Shown piece by piece: positions 16,217-27,144 of a stretch of DNA of 64,000 nt; position 1 is the first letter of the stretch, and each line of letters begins with the position of its first letter. Under the pieces are notes generated by a model, which worked only from the letters and a program-made list of their open reading frames with translations, made no database searches and had not been told where the DNA came from. The translations under genes were made by a program, and so were the position numbers. The stretch is taken from the IMG/VR virus record IMGVR_UViG_3300017764_000001; one strand, written 5' to 3'. The stretch is from a virus. Taxonomy: Duplodnaviria; Caudoviricetes.

Positions 16217-17171
16217 GAGTCGAGTTTATGTTGCTGGTAATACTGGATTAGTAGGATCAGCATTAGTTCGTATGCTCCATAGAAAGGGGTATACTAATAT
16301 TCTCTCCTCCCCATCCTCTCATTGGGATTTGCGTAGGCAAGAGGATGTTGAGAGATTTTTTAAATTAAATGAACCAGAATATGTTTATCTTGCTGCTGCC
16401 AAGGTTGGTGGAATTGGTGCTAACAGTGATTATCCTGCACACTTCATCTATGATAATTTGATGATTCAATCAAACATCATTCATGCTGCTCGCAAGTTTG
16501 GAGTTAAAAAACTCTTGTTTCTTGGATCTTCTTGCATCTATCCAAAGATGTGTGAGCAACCTATTAAGGAAGAATATTTGATGACAGGTTCTTTAGAACC
16601 AACGAATGATGCCTATGCGATTGCAAAGATTGCTGGGATTAAGACGTGCCAGGCATATCGTAAGCAATATGGGTTTAATGCAATCTCTTTGATGCCTACG
16701 AATTTGTATGGTCCTAATGATAATTTTGATTTAGAGTCATCTCATGTTCTTCCTGCAATGATTGCCAAGTATCACTATGCAACTGTTGACGGATATACTA
16801 TTGATATGGGTGGTCCTTGGTGGCCAGATGTAAAACTTTGGGGTGACGGTTCGGCACGGAGAGAGTTTCTTCATGTTGATGATCTTGCCGAAGCTTGTTT
16901 TACATGTATGAGAGATTACGACTCCTCAGAACCAATTAATGTTGGAACAGGAGAAGACATTACTATTAAAGAACTTGCGAGTATTGTTTCTGATGTGGTT
17001 GGGCATCCAGGTCAAACAACATGGGACACTTCTAAACCTAATGGGACACCAAGAAAAGTTCTTAATGTTGATAAGATTAAATCTCTTGGTTGGAAACCAA
17101 AAATTGAATTAAAAAATGGAATTAAAAATACTTATGATTGGTATAAAGAAATCTTAATGGAGAAAGAATAA
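16206..17171 (+). CDS. fcl: GDP-L-fucose synthase
   Basis: [57 protein letters not shown]. Confidence 0.95.
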   Translation: MNSKSRVYVAGNTGLVGSALVRMLHRKGYTNILSSPSSHWDLRRQEDVERFFKLNEPEYVYLAAAKVGGIGANSDYPAHFIYDNLMIQSNIIHAARKFGVKKLLFLGSSCIYPKMCEQPIKEEYLMTGSLEPTNDAYAIAKIAGIKTCQAYRKQYGFNAISLMPTNLYGPNDNFDLESSHVLPAMIAKYHYATVDGYTIDMGGPWWPDVKLWGDGSARREFLHVDDLAEACFTCMRDYDSSEPINVGTGEDITIKELASIVSDVVGHPGQTTWDTSKPNGTPRKVLNVDKIKSLGWKPKIELKNGIKNTYDWYKEILMEKE

Positions 17172-18103
17172 TGGAATTAAGTGTAGTTTTGGGTGGAAGA
17201 GATGATAACTATGGAGAACAATTTATCGAAAGATTAGAACAAGCAGTATCACATAATCTTAAACTGCTTGATAGTTCGGGCATTGATTATGAAATGATCG
17301 TGGTTGACTTCAATCCGATTAATGAGCAGTATCTCCATGTCAATTCTCTGATGGAGGAAGTTCTTCAACATCCAAGAGTGAAGAATTTGATTGTCGATCC
17401 CTCAGTGTCTGTTGCTGAAGACTTAACACCTTCAACTTACTATGAGTATTTTGCAAAAAATGCTGGTTGTAGAATTTCAACAGGAGATATGATCTTCATT
17501 ACTAACTCTGACATTATGCTGACAGAAAAGTTAATTGAAGAAATTAAAAAAGAATTTGATAGTGATGAGAAGAATGATGTTTTTTATAGAGTTAGATATA
17601 GAGGCGATATTTCATTAGGAGATTCTCCTTCACTATCTCCTAGACTAATTCCTAATGGTGATGTTTTAACTGGACCATTAAATGGATGGGGGGATCCTGA
17701 ACAAGTTTTGGATTTGTATGAAAATCTAAAATATCATAATCTTCTTGGTGAAGATCCAGTTATTGGTTTGTGGTCTGGAGATGCATGTATGTTCTCAAGA
17801 GAAGTATTCTTCAATGTTGCCACAGCATATAATGAAGGTGATTTTAGTCATAGGACTAACAAAAATCAATCAAATATGGATACAGAAATTCTATGGAATT
17901 TAAAACTTAAAGGTAAAGAACTTAAATTGATAAATGCTCCTTATTATCACATTTATCATGGACACCCCCTCCCTAGAGATAATAGTAGTTATACTAAATT
18001 AAGGTATGAAAATAAATCTGACTGGGGATTTATTAAGTATAATAAGGTAAGAGTTAATGATAATACTGAAATTATTGTCGATGGAGAAATAGAATGGGAT
18101 TAA
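17171..18103 (+). CDS. Putative glycosyltransferase (GT2/GT-A-like)
   Basis: GGRDDNYG, IVVDF, KNAG...IFITNSDI; lies in a sugar cluster. Confidence 0.6.
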   Translation: MELSVVLGGRDDNYGEQFIERLEQAVSHNLKLLDSSGIDYEMIVVDFNPINEQYLHVNSLMEEVLQHPRVKNLIVDPSVSVAEDLTPSTYYEYFAKNAGCRISTGDMIFITNSDIMLTEKLIEEIKKEFDSDEKNDVFYRVRYRGDISLGDSPSLSPRLIPNGDVLTGPLNGWGDPEQVLDLYENLKYHNLLGEDPVIGLWSGDACMFSREVFFNVATAYNEGDFSHRTNKNQSNMDTEILWNLKLKGKELKLINAPYYHIYHGHPLPRDNSSYTKLRYENKSDWGFIKYNKVRVNDNTEIIVDGEIEWD

Positions 18104-19008
18104 AAAAGTTTATTGTTACAACGACCATCAATAGTCCAACTTTAGCAACAAGAAAGTTTGCTGCGATGGAAGATTGGACTCTCATCGTGGTGGGTGACAC
18201 AAAAACTCCACATTTGGAGTATGAGGAACTAGATTGTATTTACCTCTCTCCAGAGATTCAACAAACCATTGATAGTGATTTGTCTGATTCAATTGGATGG
18301 AAGAGTATTCAAAGAAGAAATATTGGATTTCTTTATGCATACAAGCAAGGTGCAGACATTGTTGCCACAGTTGATGATGATAATATTCCCTATGATGATT
18401 GGGGTAAAAATCTTTTAGTTGGTCAGACAATTGAATGTGATTTGTATGAACCATCTCAGAATGTATTTGATCCATTGTCTGTAACAAATACTCCAGATAT
18501 TTGGCACAGAGGTTTTCCAATTGATTTGTTGGGAAAAAGACATGAAGTTGAGTACAAAGGTAAAGTAAAACGTAAGGTATTAGTTCAGGCAGATCTATGG
18601 GATGGTGATCCTGATATTGATGCTATGGCTAGACTTACAATGAAACCCATAGTAAAATACAATGTAGAGAAACCATATTGTTCAAATAAGATCGCACCAT
18701 TTAATAGTCAGAATACTTTCTTAGCAAGAGAAGTATTGCCATACTATGCTGTGCTTCCTCATGTAGGAAGAATGGATGATATCTGGGGGTCATATATTCT
18801 GCAATATTATTTCCCTAACTCGGTGATCTATAATAAAGCATCGGTGTATCAGGATAGAAACGTACAAGATTTGGTGACTAATCTTGAAAAAGAAGTAATT
18901 GGTTATCGTAATACTTACGATTTTATCAATAACCTTAAAAAGTATATGGACAATCTTCCTGAAGATGCAAGACACTTCTATAAAACTTACATGAAAGCAT
19001 ACAAGTGA
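18094..19008 (+). CDS. STELLO/DUF288-like putative glycosyltransferase
   Basis: VTTTIN.PT, LIVVGDTKTP, RRNIGFLYAY..GA, VDDDN, FNSQNT, RMDDIWGSY. Confidence 0.8.
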   Translation: MGLKKFIVTTTINSPTLATRKFAAMEDWTLIVVGDTKTPHLEYEELDCIYLSPEIQQTIDSDLSDSIGWKSIQRRNIGFLYAYKQGADIVATVDDDNIPYDDWGKNLLVGQTIECDLYEPSQNVFDPLSVTNTPDIWHRGFPIDLLGKRHEVEYKGKVKRKVLVQADLWDGDPDIDAMARLTMKPIVKYNVEKPYCSNKIAPFNSQNTFLAREVLPYYAVLPHVGRMDDIWGSYILQYYFPNSVIYNKASVYQDRNVQDLVTNLEKEVIGYRNTYDFINNLKKYMDNLPEDARHFYKTYMKAYK

Positions 19009-19703
19009 AAAACTTAGCGATTGGATTTTCATCTCTCAGACCCAAACAATATTCTGAAGAGGTGTGTGATTTTAGAGAGAAAGAGTATTTTGTTTGTATT
19101 AGACAGATACTAAAGATTTTACCACAGTCATTTGATTTCATTTTATGTGAGAATACTATTGACTCTGAATCTGAGATTAAAAACAATGATTTGAAAAGTC
19201 TCATTAAAGATGTTGATCTATGTGCTATGGGCAGTGAATCAAACATTGGTTCTAATAATAAAGGAGTCGGTGAGTTGTTACAACTTAAGACTGCACTTAA
19301 ACAAGTTAATTCATCTGAGTATGAAAATATCTCATATATTACAACAAGAGGTATTTTGACTTGTCCATATGTATTTGAGAAGACCGAGCAACTTGAAAAG
19401 CAAGCTTTACTTGGAAATCCAGATTTTATTTGGATGAATGGAAGAGTTGCTCCAGCAACGTCTAATCTTTTCAATGATCAATTTTTCTCCATGAAATCAA
19501 ATGTCATGGTAGATTTTTCCAATTTTAGTTTCAATAGATTTGATTACCTCATCAGTAATCATATTGGCTCTGAATACAATCTTTATGATTTTGTTGTTCA
19601 AAATAACATTGATTATGAAGAACTAAATTATCTTGGTAGAATTCGTAATGACTGGAGTGCAAATGGAGTTCCATTTGATGCTAATAATTTTCATTTTTGT
19701 TAG
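19005..19703 (+). CDS. Hypothetical protein in the glycan island
   Basis: 232-aa ORF, tightly coupled to its neighbours. Confidence 0.65.
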   Translation: MKNLAIGFSSLRPKQYSEEVCDFREKEYFVCIRQILKILPQSFDFILCENTIDSESEIKNNDLKSLIKDVDLCAMGSESNIGSNNKGVGELLQLKTALKQVNSSEYENISYITTRGILTCPYVFEKTEQLEKQALLGNPDFIWMNGRVAPATSNLFNDQFFSMKSNVMVDFSNFSFNRFDYLISNHIGSEYNLYDFVVQNNIDYEELNYLGRIRNDWSANGVPFDANNFHFC

Positions 19704-19711
19704 AGGTAACT

Positions 19712-20485
19712 ATGATTGAAGGATGGAGTAATTTAGATAAGGACGAGACTAGTTTTCCTTATGCTGACATTTGTAATGAAGCAGTGTCTGATGATGAAGT
19801 ATTTGATAAATTTAAAAACGATCCAAGGTACAATGCCATTCTTGAGCATGTATCTCCAGAGCAAGGATTGAAGTACATTGAAGGAATTCAACAGTATGAG
19901 TTGGATCAAGATCTCATTGAGGCATTTAAAGAAAATGATTTGTATGGTGGATCGTCAAAAGTTGGATATGATTTACCATTTGGTCTAATCTCACCATCTA
20001 CACTAAGATATATCCAAAATGCATTGGACATTTCATATTTTTACGGCGAGGGAGATCTCAATAGAATTGTCGAAATTGGTGGAGGATATGGTGGATTATG
20101 TAAAACCATTAGTTGTCTTTGCGATTTTGAAGAGTATCACATTTATGATATTGAACCAGCATCAAAATTGCAAGAAAAATATCTCTCTAAGTTTAATATC
20201 ACCGGAAAAACAATTCACCATTCAACCATTAATAAGTTGGAGGACATTGATCTAGTTGTTAGTAACTATGCTTATTCTGAATTGAATGAGGAATTGCAAT
20301 CTCTTTATTATGAAAATATTATTGCCAATAGTAAAAAAGTTTATATGATTCTAAACAGGGGACAAGTGAGCAGACAAGTTTTCCTTGACAGAGCAGAGAA
20401 GGATTTTGACATCAATGTTGAAAAGGTTCTTGACTTTTGGCCACCAAACGGTTATCTTTACTATACAACAATGACAAGAAAATGA
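19712..20485 (+). CDS. Putative sugar O-methyltransferase
   Basis: SAM-binding IVEIGGGYGGL, SNYAYSEL; GAGG SD upstream of ATG 19712. Confidence 0.75.
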   Translation: MIEGWSNLDKDETSFPYADICNEAVSDDEVFDKFKNDPRYNAILEHVSPEQGLKYIEGIQQYELDQDLIEAFKENDLYGGSSKVGYDLPFGLISPSTLRYIQNALDISYFYGEGDLNRIVEIGGGYGGLCKTISCLCDFEEYHIYDIEPASKLQEKYLSKFNITGKTIHHSTINKLEDIDLVVSNYAYSELNEELQSLYYENIIANSKKVYMILNRGQVSRQVFLDRAEKDFDINVEKVLDFWPPNGYLYYTTMTRK

Positions 20486-21645
20486 AAATCCGAGATACCG
20501 TATTACCAGTCCTTCAACCTGTTGGTGGTGATGAAGAGATCAAAAACTTGTCTGAATCTATCACTAATGGGTGGTGGGGAAAAGGTCCAAAAGTTGCTGA
20601 GTTTGAAAAACAATTCGCAAAAATGGTTGGTGCAAAGTATGCAGTAGCAGTGACTAGCAACACCGCAGGACAAGATCTTGTTATCAAAGCACTTGGTCTT
20701 AAGGGGTGTGACATCATTAGTCCAACTATGTCTTTTATGACTACTGCGGTGGTTCCCTTGTGGAATGATTGCACATCTACGATTGTAGATGTTTTGGATG
20801 ATACCTTGTGTATCGATCCAGAAGATGTTCGTAGAAAATTGAAACCAGATACAAAGGCAATCATTGCAGTCAATCTTGCAGGAGTTCCTGCCCCCATTGA
20901 TGAAATTCGTAAATTCTATGATGGGTTTATTTTGGAAGATTGTGCCCACAGTTGCTATACATCTGGGGCTGGATCAAAAGGAGATGCTGCTGTATGGTCC
21001 TTTCAGGCAGTTAAAACAATGCCTTGTGGTGATGGAGGCATGATCACCACCAATGACAAAGAACTCTATGAAAAACTTGTCCCTATGACTTGGATGGGAA
21101 TTACAAGCACGTTTTCTCGCACAAATGGTTTGGGTGGTACTCCTGGGTATTCTTGGGATTATGATGTTGATACTTTAGGGTACAAATGTTATATGATAGA
21201 TCTTCAAGCAGCAATTGCATTGGAGCAAATGAAAAAGTTGTCAAAACATCTTGAGTGGAGGAGACACATTCAAAAGTGTTATAATGAAGGATTGTCTGGT
21301 TTGATCAGAACTCCTGCATGGTCTGAAACAGTTCAGCACTATGGTGCTCGCGTTCCTTCTTTGGAACGTAATGAACTGATTAATTATCTTGCTGATAAAA
21401 AAATCCATACTAGTGTCCATTACAAACCACTTCATAAACATAAAATCGTAAATCAGAATCGGGAATATGATGTTGCTGATAAAGAATGGAAAAAATTGAT
21501 TAGTCTTCCTTGCCATCCAGGTATGACACAGGAGGACATTGATTATGTGATCTATTGGATTAAACAATATTATCATAAGAAATCGATTGTATCGTATGAT
21601 GGTAAAACTACCATCTATCATGGCACCATAGTAGTAGAGGATTGA
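20482..21645 (+). CDS. DegT/DnrJ/EryC1/StrS PLP-dependent sugar aminotransferase
   Basis: FEKQFA, VTSNTAG, ILEDCAH, SFQAVKTMPCGDGGM. Confidence 0.9.
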   Translation: MKIRDTVLPVLQPVGGDEEIKNLSESITNGWWGKGPKVAEFEKQFAKMVGAKYAVAVTSNTAGQDLVIKALGLKGCDIISPTMSFMTTAVVPLWNDCTSTIVDVLDDTLCIDPEDVRRKLKPDTKAIIAVNLAGVPAPIDEIRKFYDGFILEDCAHSCYTSGAGSKGDAAVWSFQAVKTMPCGDGGMITTNDKELYEKLVPMTWMGITSTFSRTNGLGGTPGYSWDYDVDTLGYKCYMIDLQAAIALEQMKKLSKHLEWRRHIQKCYNEGLSGLIRTPAWSETVQHYGARVPSLERNELINYLADKKIHTSVHYKPLHKHKIVNQNREYDVADKEWKKLISLPCHPGMTQEDIDYVIYWIKQYYHKKSIVSYDGKTTIYHGTIVVED

Positions 21646-21646
21646 T

Positions 21647-22510
21647 ATGTATTTGGATCTTTACAAAATTGATGGCACTAAAAACTTAGATGCCAATCCA
21701 TGTTTTGGTATCGATGAAACATACCCAAACTTTCAAGAGAAGTTAAGTGAGTTCAAAGAACTCTTGGTCGATCTAGTTGATAAAAATGAATCAAAAACCT
21801 TTTACAAGTTTGGTGATGGGGATTATTTCTTTTTAAGAGGTGAGTCTATTGGGAGTGCAACGCCAGGAAGACGTGCCTTAAGTAAACCATATAGTCAGAT
21901 TGATCACCAGGCATTCAAGGATGGTGCTAGAGAGTGTGATTATTACACTTGTGAGATTTACCCCGATAATCGTCAAAAGTTTAGTGAGGTTCTTCCTGGA
22001 GTGAGTATTGATTATCCAGCAGAGTTTGGGTATGGGTTAGTTACTAACAAGTGGTTGCTTCAAACCTTTGCTGGAAAGATTGGTTTGATTGGTGCAGATA
22101 TGAAAATGAATATCATTCGCAATGTTATTGAAGCACCTCAGTATCAAGACTATCTTGGACTTGAGCAGTTTGAGGATTACGTATCTCTTCCTCAGAAATT
22201 TGCTTGTGATGATTTAGATGCAACTGAAAGACTGGTTGGAGAGCAACTTAAAAATTCAAGTTCTAAGATCTTTCTTATGGGAATGGGTCACGTTAAATCT
22301 GGTCTTATACATAGACTTAAGAAGTATACTGATGCTGTATTTCTTGATGTCGGAGCTTCAATTGATGCTCTCGCAGGCATCATTGATGTCGAACGACCAT
22401 ATGCTGGTGATTGGGTTAACTACCAGATTGATGAACCAGAATTATATGGTGGTGTAGATTATCTTGCTTATAATGGTAAGGGTAGTCATATCCTTTTAGA
22501 AAGAAACTAA
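21647..22510 (+). CDS. Hypothetical, possible GT-D-fold (DUF1792-like) glycosyltransferase
   Basis: FYKFGDGD motif resembles the RFGDGE GT-D signature; FLDVGASIDA. Confidence 0.45.
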   Translation: MYLDLYKIDGTKNLDANPCFGIDETYPNFQEKLSEFKELLVDLVDKNESKTFYKFGDGDYFFLRGESIGSATPGRRALSKPYSQIDHQAFKDGARECDYYTCEIYPDNRQKFSEVLPGVSIDYPAEFGYGLVTNKWLLQTFAGKIGLIGADMKMNIIRNVIEAPQYQDYLGLEQFEDYVSLPQKFACDDLDATERLVGEQLKNSSSKIFLMGMGHVKSGLIHRLKKYTDAVFLDVGASIDALAGIIDVERPYAGDWVNYQIDEPELYGGVDYLAYNGKGSHILLERN

Positions 22511-22512
22511 TA

Positions 22513-23283
22513 ATGATTTTATACGTCTATCTCCAAGGTGGTTTGGGAAACCAAATGTTTCAATATGCAGCAGGAGTTTCTGCACTGAAAGAATATCCAC
22601 AGTTTACAGAACTCCGTCTTGATTCTTCCTTCTATCAGAATCAGGAAAGAAAGATTATTGTAAATGGTTTAACTGGACGTGGTTATGATCTTGATATTTT
22701 AAATATCAAACATAATATCGCAGAAGATGCACCAGAAGGTGCGACATTACTTCAAGGATGGTTTCAAAATTTAAAAGAGTTTGAAAATGTTGTTGATGAG
22801 ATCAGAAAACAATTTACTTTCTCTGTAGAATTTTCGGAAGCAACCAAGAATGTCGAAGAACAAATTTCTAATGTAGAAACTTCAGTTGCCATTCATGTTA
22901 GAAGGGGCGACTATGTTACCAATCCAACAGCACTTGCACATCATGGTGTTCTTGATAAGGCATACTATGATCGTGCGATCAAACTGATGGAATCTAAGTA
23001 TCCTGATCCTCACTATTTTGTATTCTCTGAGGATGTTGAATGGTGTGTGGAAAATATCAAAACAGATAAACAAATTACTTTTGTTGGATCTGAATGTAAT
23101 GATATTAAGGATAGCGGGCATCTTTACTTGATGACTAAGTGTAAGAACCATATCATCGCAAACTCATCATATTCTTGGTGGGGTGCATTTTTAGGAAACA
23201 GTGAGTTCACTATTGGACCAGAGAGATGGAATCGTGAGGCATCTGGATCTGATCATATGTTAGAGGAATGGGTTAAGTTATGA
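22513..23283 (+). CDS. Alpha-1,2-fucosyltransferase (GT11)
   Basis: GGLGNQMFQYA, AIHVRRGDY, FVFSED, IIANSSYSWWGA. Confidence 0.92.
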   Translation: MILYVYLQGGLGNQMFQYAAGVSALKEYPQFTELRLDSSFYQNQERKIIVNGLTGRGYDLDILNIKHNIAEDAPEGATLLQGWFQNLKEFENVVDEIRKQFTFSVEFSEATKNVEEQISNVETSVAIHVRRGDYVTNPTALAHHGVLDKAYYDRAIKLMESKYPDPHYFVFSEDVEWCVENIKTDKQITFVGSECNDIKDSGHLYLMTKCKNHIIANSSYSWWGAFLGNSEFTIGPERWNREASGSDHMLEEWVKL

Positions 23284-24137
23284 TCAATCTTTATTATTCA
23301 GAAGCATATTGGGGTCACTCCGCAACGATGAACGGACCTCACAAGGTTGTAGATAATCTAATCAAAAGTCTTATTCAAGAAAAAATAGATTATGCAATTA
23401 ACGAAGAGAAGTATAATCATAATTTTCTGATACAATATGATGCGATAGCACACGAAAAACATTCTAAGATTGAACAGGAGACTACAATCATTGGACCACA
23501 GGTTTGGTTATTTGATGGGTATGGTCAATTTTTGATTGAAAATCAAAATTACTATAAGAAATTAATCGCACCATCACAATGGGTAAAAAATAAATTTATC
23601 GACAAGTTTAATTTACCAGAGGAAAAGATTGCTATTTGGCCAGTGGGTATTGAAGAGTTTAATAATGTAAGAGAACCAAGTTATGATTGTCTAATTTATT
23701 TTAAGAGAAGAGATGTGAGTGAATTGTCAGCAGTCAAAAAATTTCTGCTTGGTAGAGGGTTATCATATCGAATGGTAGAGTATGGTGGATATGATGAAGT
23801 TGGTTTCCGTAATCTTGTGAATCAGGCAAAATTCTGTTTTCTCATCAATGGAACAGAAAGTCAAGGTATTGCAGTTCAAGAAATAATGTCGATGGGTGTA
23901 CCTATTATCACATGGGACCTCAAAGAATGGTTGGATCAAGGAGAAGCATATCGTGTTCCTGCTACTTCAGTTCCTTTTTGGGATGAGAGGTGTGGAGAAA
24001 GATTTTATTCAATTGATAAATTAGAGGAGACATTTGACAATTTTTATGCTAGGATAAATGATTATGACCCAAAAGCATATATTAAGGATAATTTATCTTT
24101 TGAGATGTCAGTTAAAACATTATTAGATATACTATGA
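23280..24137 (+). CDS. Putative glycosyltransferase (GT-B-like)
   Basis: LIAPSQWVK, ESQGIAVQEIMSMGVPII; context. Confidence 0.6.
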   Translation: MINLYYSEAYWGHSATMNGPHKVVDNLIKSLIQEKIDYAINEEKYNHNFLIQYDAIAHEKHSKIEQETTIIGPQVWLFDGYGQFLIENQNYYKKLIAPSQWVKNKFIDKFNLPEEKIAIWPVGIEEFNNVREPSYDCLIYFKRRDVSELSAVKKFLLGRGLSYRMVEYGGYDEVGFRNLVNQAKFCFLINGTESQGIAVQEIMSMGVPIITWDLKEWLDQGEAYRVPATSVPFWDERCGERFYSIDKLEETFDNFYARINDYDPKAYIKDNLSFEMSVKTLLDIL

Positions 24138-24835
24138 AAATCTGTATTCTGACTATTGCTACTAATAAGTATCTGCAGTTTGTAGAAAAACTGTATGAGG
24201 ATATTTCTGAAAAGTTCTGCCCTGGAGCAGAAATTAATTGTCTTCTATTCACTGATCACGAAATTGAAGAGTGTGGTGATAATGTTAGAGTTCACTATAT
24301 TGATCATGAACCTTGGCCAATGCCTACTCTGAAGCGTTATAACTATTTTGTTAAGGAGAAGGACTTTATCTTTGATCATGATTATTGCTTCTACTTTGAT
24401 GCAGATATGCGTATTGATGGTTTAGTAGAGGCAGAAGAAGTTTGTGGTGATCTTGTTGCAACACGTCATGGATATCAATCATTGATCGATTCATCATCAC
24501 AATCTTTTGATAGGAATCCAAAGTCACTTGCTTATGTCCCTTTTGATCAGAAGACCATTAGTTACTATGCTGGTGGTTTTAATGGTGGTAAAACTGAAAG
24601 TTTTATGAAGATGGCAGAAATTATTGCCAATAATGTGAATAAAGATCTTAAGAAAGGTGTTATTGCACTCTGGCACGATGAAAGTCACATGAATAGGTAT
24701 CTGATTGATAATCCACCTACCTTAGATCTTGATCCGACCTATTGCTATGCTGAAGAATTTATAGGAACTGATTATCCTTACAAACCTGGAAAAATTATTG
24801 CTTTGAAGAAAAATCATGCTGCACTTAGATCTTAG
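24134..24835 (+). CDS. GT6 family (ABO/Forssman-like) alpha-1,3-Gal/GalNAc transferase
   Basis: IATNKY, WP..TLKRY, FYFDADM, YYAGGFNGG, ALWHDESHMNRY. Confidence 0.9.
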   Translation: MKICILTIATNKYLQFVEKLYEDISEKFCPGAEINCLLFTDHEIEECGDNVRVHYIDHEPWPMPTLKRYNYFVKEKDFIFDHDYCFYFDADMRIDGLVEAEEVCGDLVATRHGYQSLIDSSSQSFDRNPKSLAYVPFDQKTISYYAGGFNGGKTESFMKMAEIIANNVNKDLKKGVIALWHDESHMNRYLIDNPPTLDLDPTYCYAEEFIGTDYPYKPGKIIALKKNHAALRS

Positions 24836-25463
24836 AGAAATCCCTGCAGTTTATCTGAATCTTGCTGAGCATACTGAGAAAAATAAAAGTATGCAAAAAC
24901 TGATTAAAGACTGTGGATTTAAAAATTCAATTCGTGTTGAAGGTGTATCTCGTCCAGATAATCCATTGATTGGATGTTCATTGGCACACCTTAGAGGATT
25001 GGAGGAGATTGATCCTCCTTTTATTCTTTTTGAAGATGATTGTGAAATCAAAAACTTTGAACCAGAAATTGAAGTTCCCAAAAATGCTGATGCAGTTTAT
25101 CTTGGAGTTTCATCATGGGGAAGAATGAACGGACACTCTGGTCCTTTTGTTCAATATGAAAAGATAAGTGATAATTTTCATCGTGTTTATAATATGCTTG
25201 GGGCACATGCCATATTGTATCTGACAGAAGATTATGTTAGAATGTGTCAAAGAATAAGTTTTCATGCTGGCAATGTGATCGGTAGTTATCAGGATATTGG
25301 ATTTGCTGAGATACAACGTTGGTTCAATGTATATACATTTGATGATCCAATGTTCTATCAAAACAGTTCTTATCAAGCAACTGTAAATCCACTTACAAGT
25401 TATCCAACACAGGAGTGTTTTAACTTTAATAAAAATTATTTTTTACCTGAGAGAGTTTTATGA
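24816..25463 (+). CDS. GT25-like glycosyltransferase
   Basis: VYLNL, GCSLAH, ILFEDD, LGAHAILY. Confidence 0.65.
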   Translation: MLHLDLREIPAVYLNLAEHTEKNKSMQKLIKDCGFKNSIRVEGVSRPDNPLIGCSLAHLRGLEEIDPPFILFEDDCEIKNFEPEIEVPKNADAVYLGVSSWGRMNGHSGPFVQYEKISDNFHRVYNMLGAHAILYLTEDYVRMCQRISFHAGNVIGSYQDIGFAEIQRWFNVYTFDDPMFYQNSSYQATVNPLTSYPTQECFNFNKNYFLPERVL

Positions 25464-26344
25464 AATCATTAGTTACTGGAGGATGTGGATTTATTGGATC
25501 TCATCTAGTAGATAGATTGGTAAAATTAGGACATGAAGTTGTAGTTTTGGATAGAGTAAAGCATCACGATCCAAATCCAAAAGCAACATATTATCTTTAT
25601 GATTTATCTGAAAAATATACAAAATATATTCATCTTTTTGAAAGTGTAAATAATGTTTTTCATATGGCATCTGAAGTTTCCATACCATATTGTGTAGAGA
25701 AACCAAATGAGAGTATGGCAAATAATATTTTAGCAACTATGAATGTTCTAGAGTGTGCTAGAATTCACGATATTGATAGGTTTATATTTTCCTCTACATC
25801 TGCTGTATATGGAAATAGAATATTTCATCCTAAGTATGAAACAAATCAAGTCCAGTGTCTGAATACATATTCAATATCTAAATATTCCGGAGAACAACTC
25901 TGTGAAATGTATTATAATCTTTATGGTCTGAAAACTGTAATGTTTAGATATTTTAATGTTTATGGTGAAGGGTGTCATAAGACAGGTCAATATGCTCCTG
26001 TCATGTCAATTTTTAAACGGCAAAAAGAAAATAAAGAACCTCTGACAATAGTAGAACCGGGATATCAAACAAGAGATTTTGTTCATGTCTCTGATGTTGT
26101 TTATGCTAATATTCTTGCAACTCAAAGAGATCTTGAAGAGTATGGTCAAGTATTTAATATTGGCACAGGAGAAGGAACAGAGATTCAAACAATTGCTGAT
26201 TTAATATCTGATTATCAGATTGCAATACCTCAAAGATCTGGAGAGGTAATGCATTCCACAGCAAATATCGATAAAGTGAAGGAAATTCTAGGATGGAAGT
26301 GGAGTGTTAAAGTTATTGAATGGGTTAGGAAAAATTTAAAATGA
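25460..26344 (+). CDS. NAD-dependent epimerase/dehydratase (extended SDR)
   Basis: TGGCGFIGSH, FSSTSAVYG, YSISK, RYFNVYG, QTRDFVHV. Confidence 0.9.
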   Translation: MKSLVTGGCGFIGSHLVDRLVKLGHEVVVLDRVKHHDPNPKATYYLYDLSEKYTKYIHLFESVNNVFHMASEVSIPYCVEKPNESMANNILATMNVLECARIHDIDRFIFSSTSAVYGNRIFHPKYETNQVQCLNTYSISKYSGEQLCEMYYNLYGLKTVMFRYFNVYGEGCHKTGQYAPVMSIFKRQKENKEPLTIVEPGYQTRDFVHVSDVVYANILATQRDLEEYGQVFNIGTGEGTEIQTIADLISDYQIAIPQRSGEVMHSTANIDKVKEILGWKWSVKVIEWVRKNLK

Positions 26345-27144
26345 CAGTAGCATTTAACTATCTCGGTAAATTGGGGCAACTTGGTAATCAAATGTTTCAG
26401 TATGCGGCAACCTTAGGTGCCGCAAGATATCTTGGAGTTACATTTACAATTCCAGATCATAATGAAGTTCTTGTCGATGCTCTTGGTAATAAATTAAGAA
26501 TAGAACTATTCGATTGCTTTGATATTAAACCAGACAATAAAGGATTACTTAAAACCGATAATGTTCTTTCTGAAAAAGGATTTGAGTATGATCGTAATAT
26601 TTTTAACGTGGATAAACGACATGATTTTACTCTTTATGGATTCTTTCAAACTGAAAAATATTTCAAACATTGTGAAAATGAAATAAGAAATCAGTTTAAA
26701 TTCAAGGAACAAACTGTTAATGAATGTAATGATATTATTGAAGAGTGTTTTGATAATCCTATTGCTCTTCATATTCGTAGAGGAGATTTTTTAATTAACT
26801 CCGGTAACCATTACAATCAATCTCTTGATTACTACAAGGAAGCTTTAAGTAAGTTTGATTCTAAAAGGCAAGTTGTTATCTTTAGTGATGATCCTCAGTG
26901 GTGTGTGGAACAAAAGTTATTTGAGTCTGATAGATTTATTGTTTCTTCAGGAAATAATCCTTATATGGATCTATACTTGATGAGTCAATGTGATGATTTT
27001 ATTATTGCTAATTCTACTTTTTCTTGGTGGGGTGCATGGTTAGCAAATAAAGGAAAGGTAATTGCACCCAAAAAATGGTTCGGACCTAATAATTCTAATT
27101 TAAATACAAAAGACTTATATCCTGAGCATTGGGAGATTATATAA
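26341..27144 (+). CDS. Alpha-1,2-fucosyltransferase (GT11), second copy
   Basis: GQLGNQMFQYA, ALHIRRGDF, IFSDD, IIANSTFSWWGAWL. Confidence 0.92.
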   Translation: MTVAFNYLGKLGQLGNQMFQYAATLGAARYLGVTFTIPDHNEVLVDALGNKLRIELFDCFDIKPDNKGLLKTDNVLSEKGFEYDRNIFNVDKRHDFTLYGFFQTEKYFKHCENEIRNQFKFKEQTVNECNDIIEECFDNPIALHIRRGDFLINSGNHYNQSLDYYKEALSKFDSKRQVVIFSDDPQWCVEQKLFESDRFIVSSGNNPYMDLYLMSQCDDFIIANSTFSWWGAWLANKGKVIAPKKWFGPNNSNLNTKDLYPEHWEII

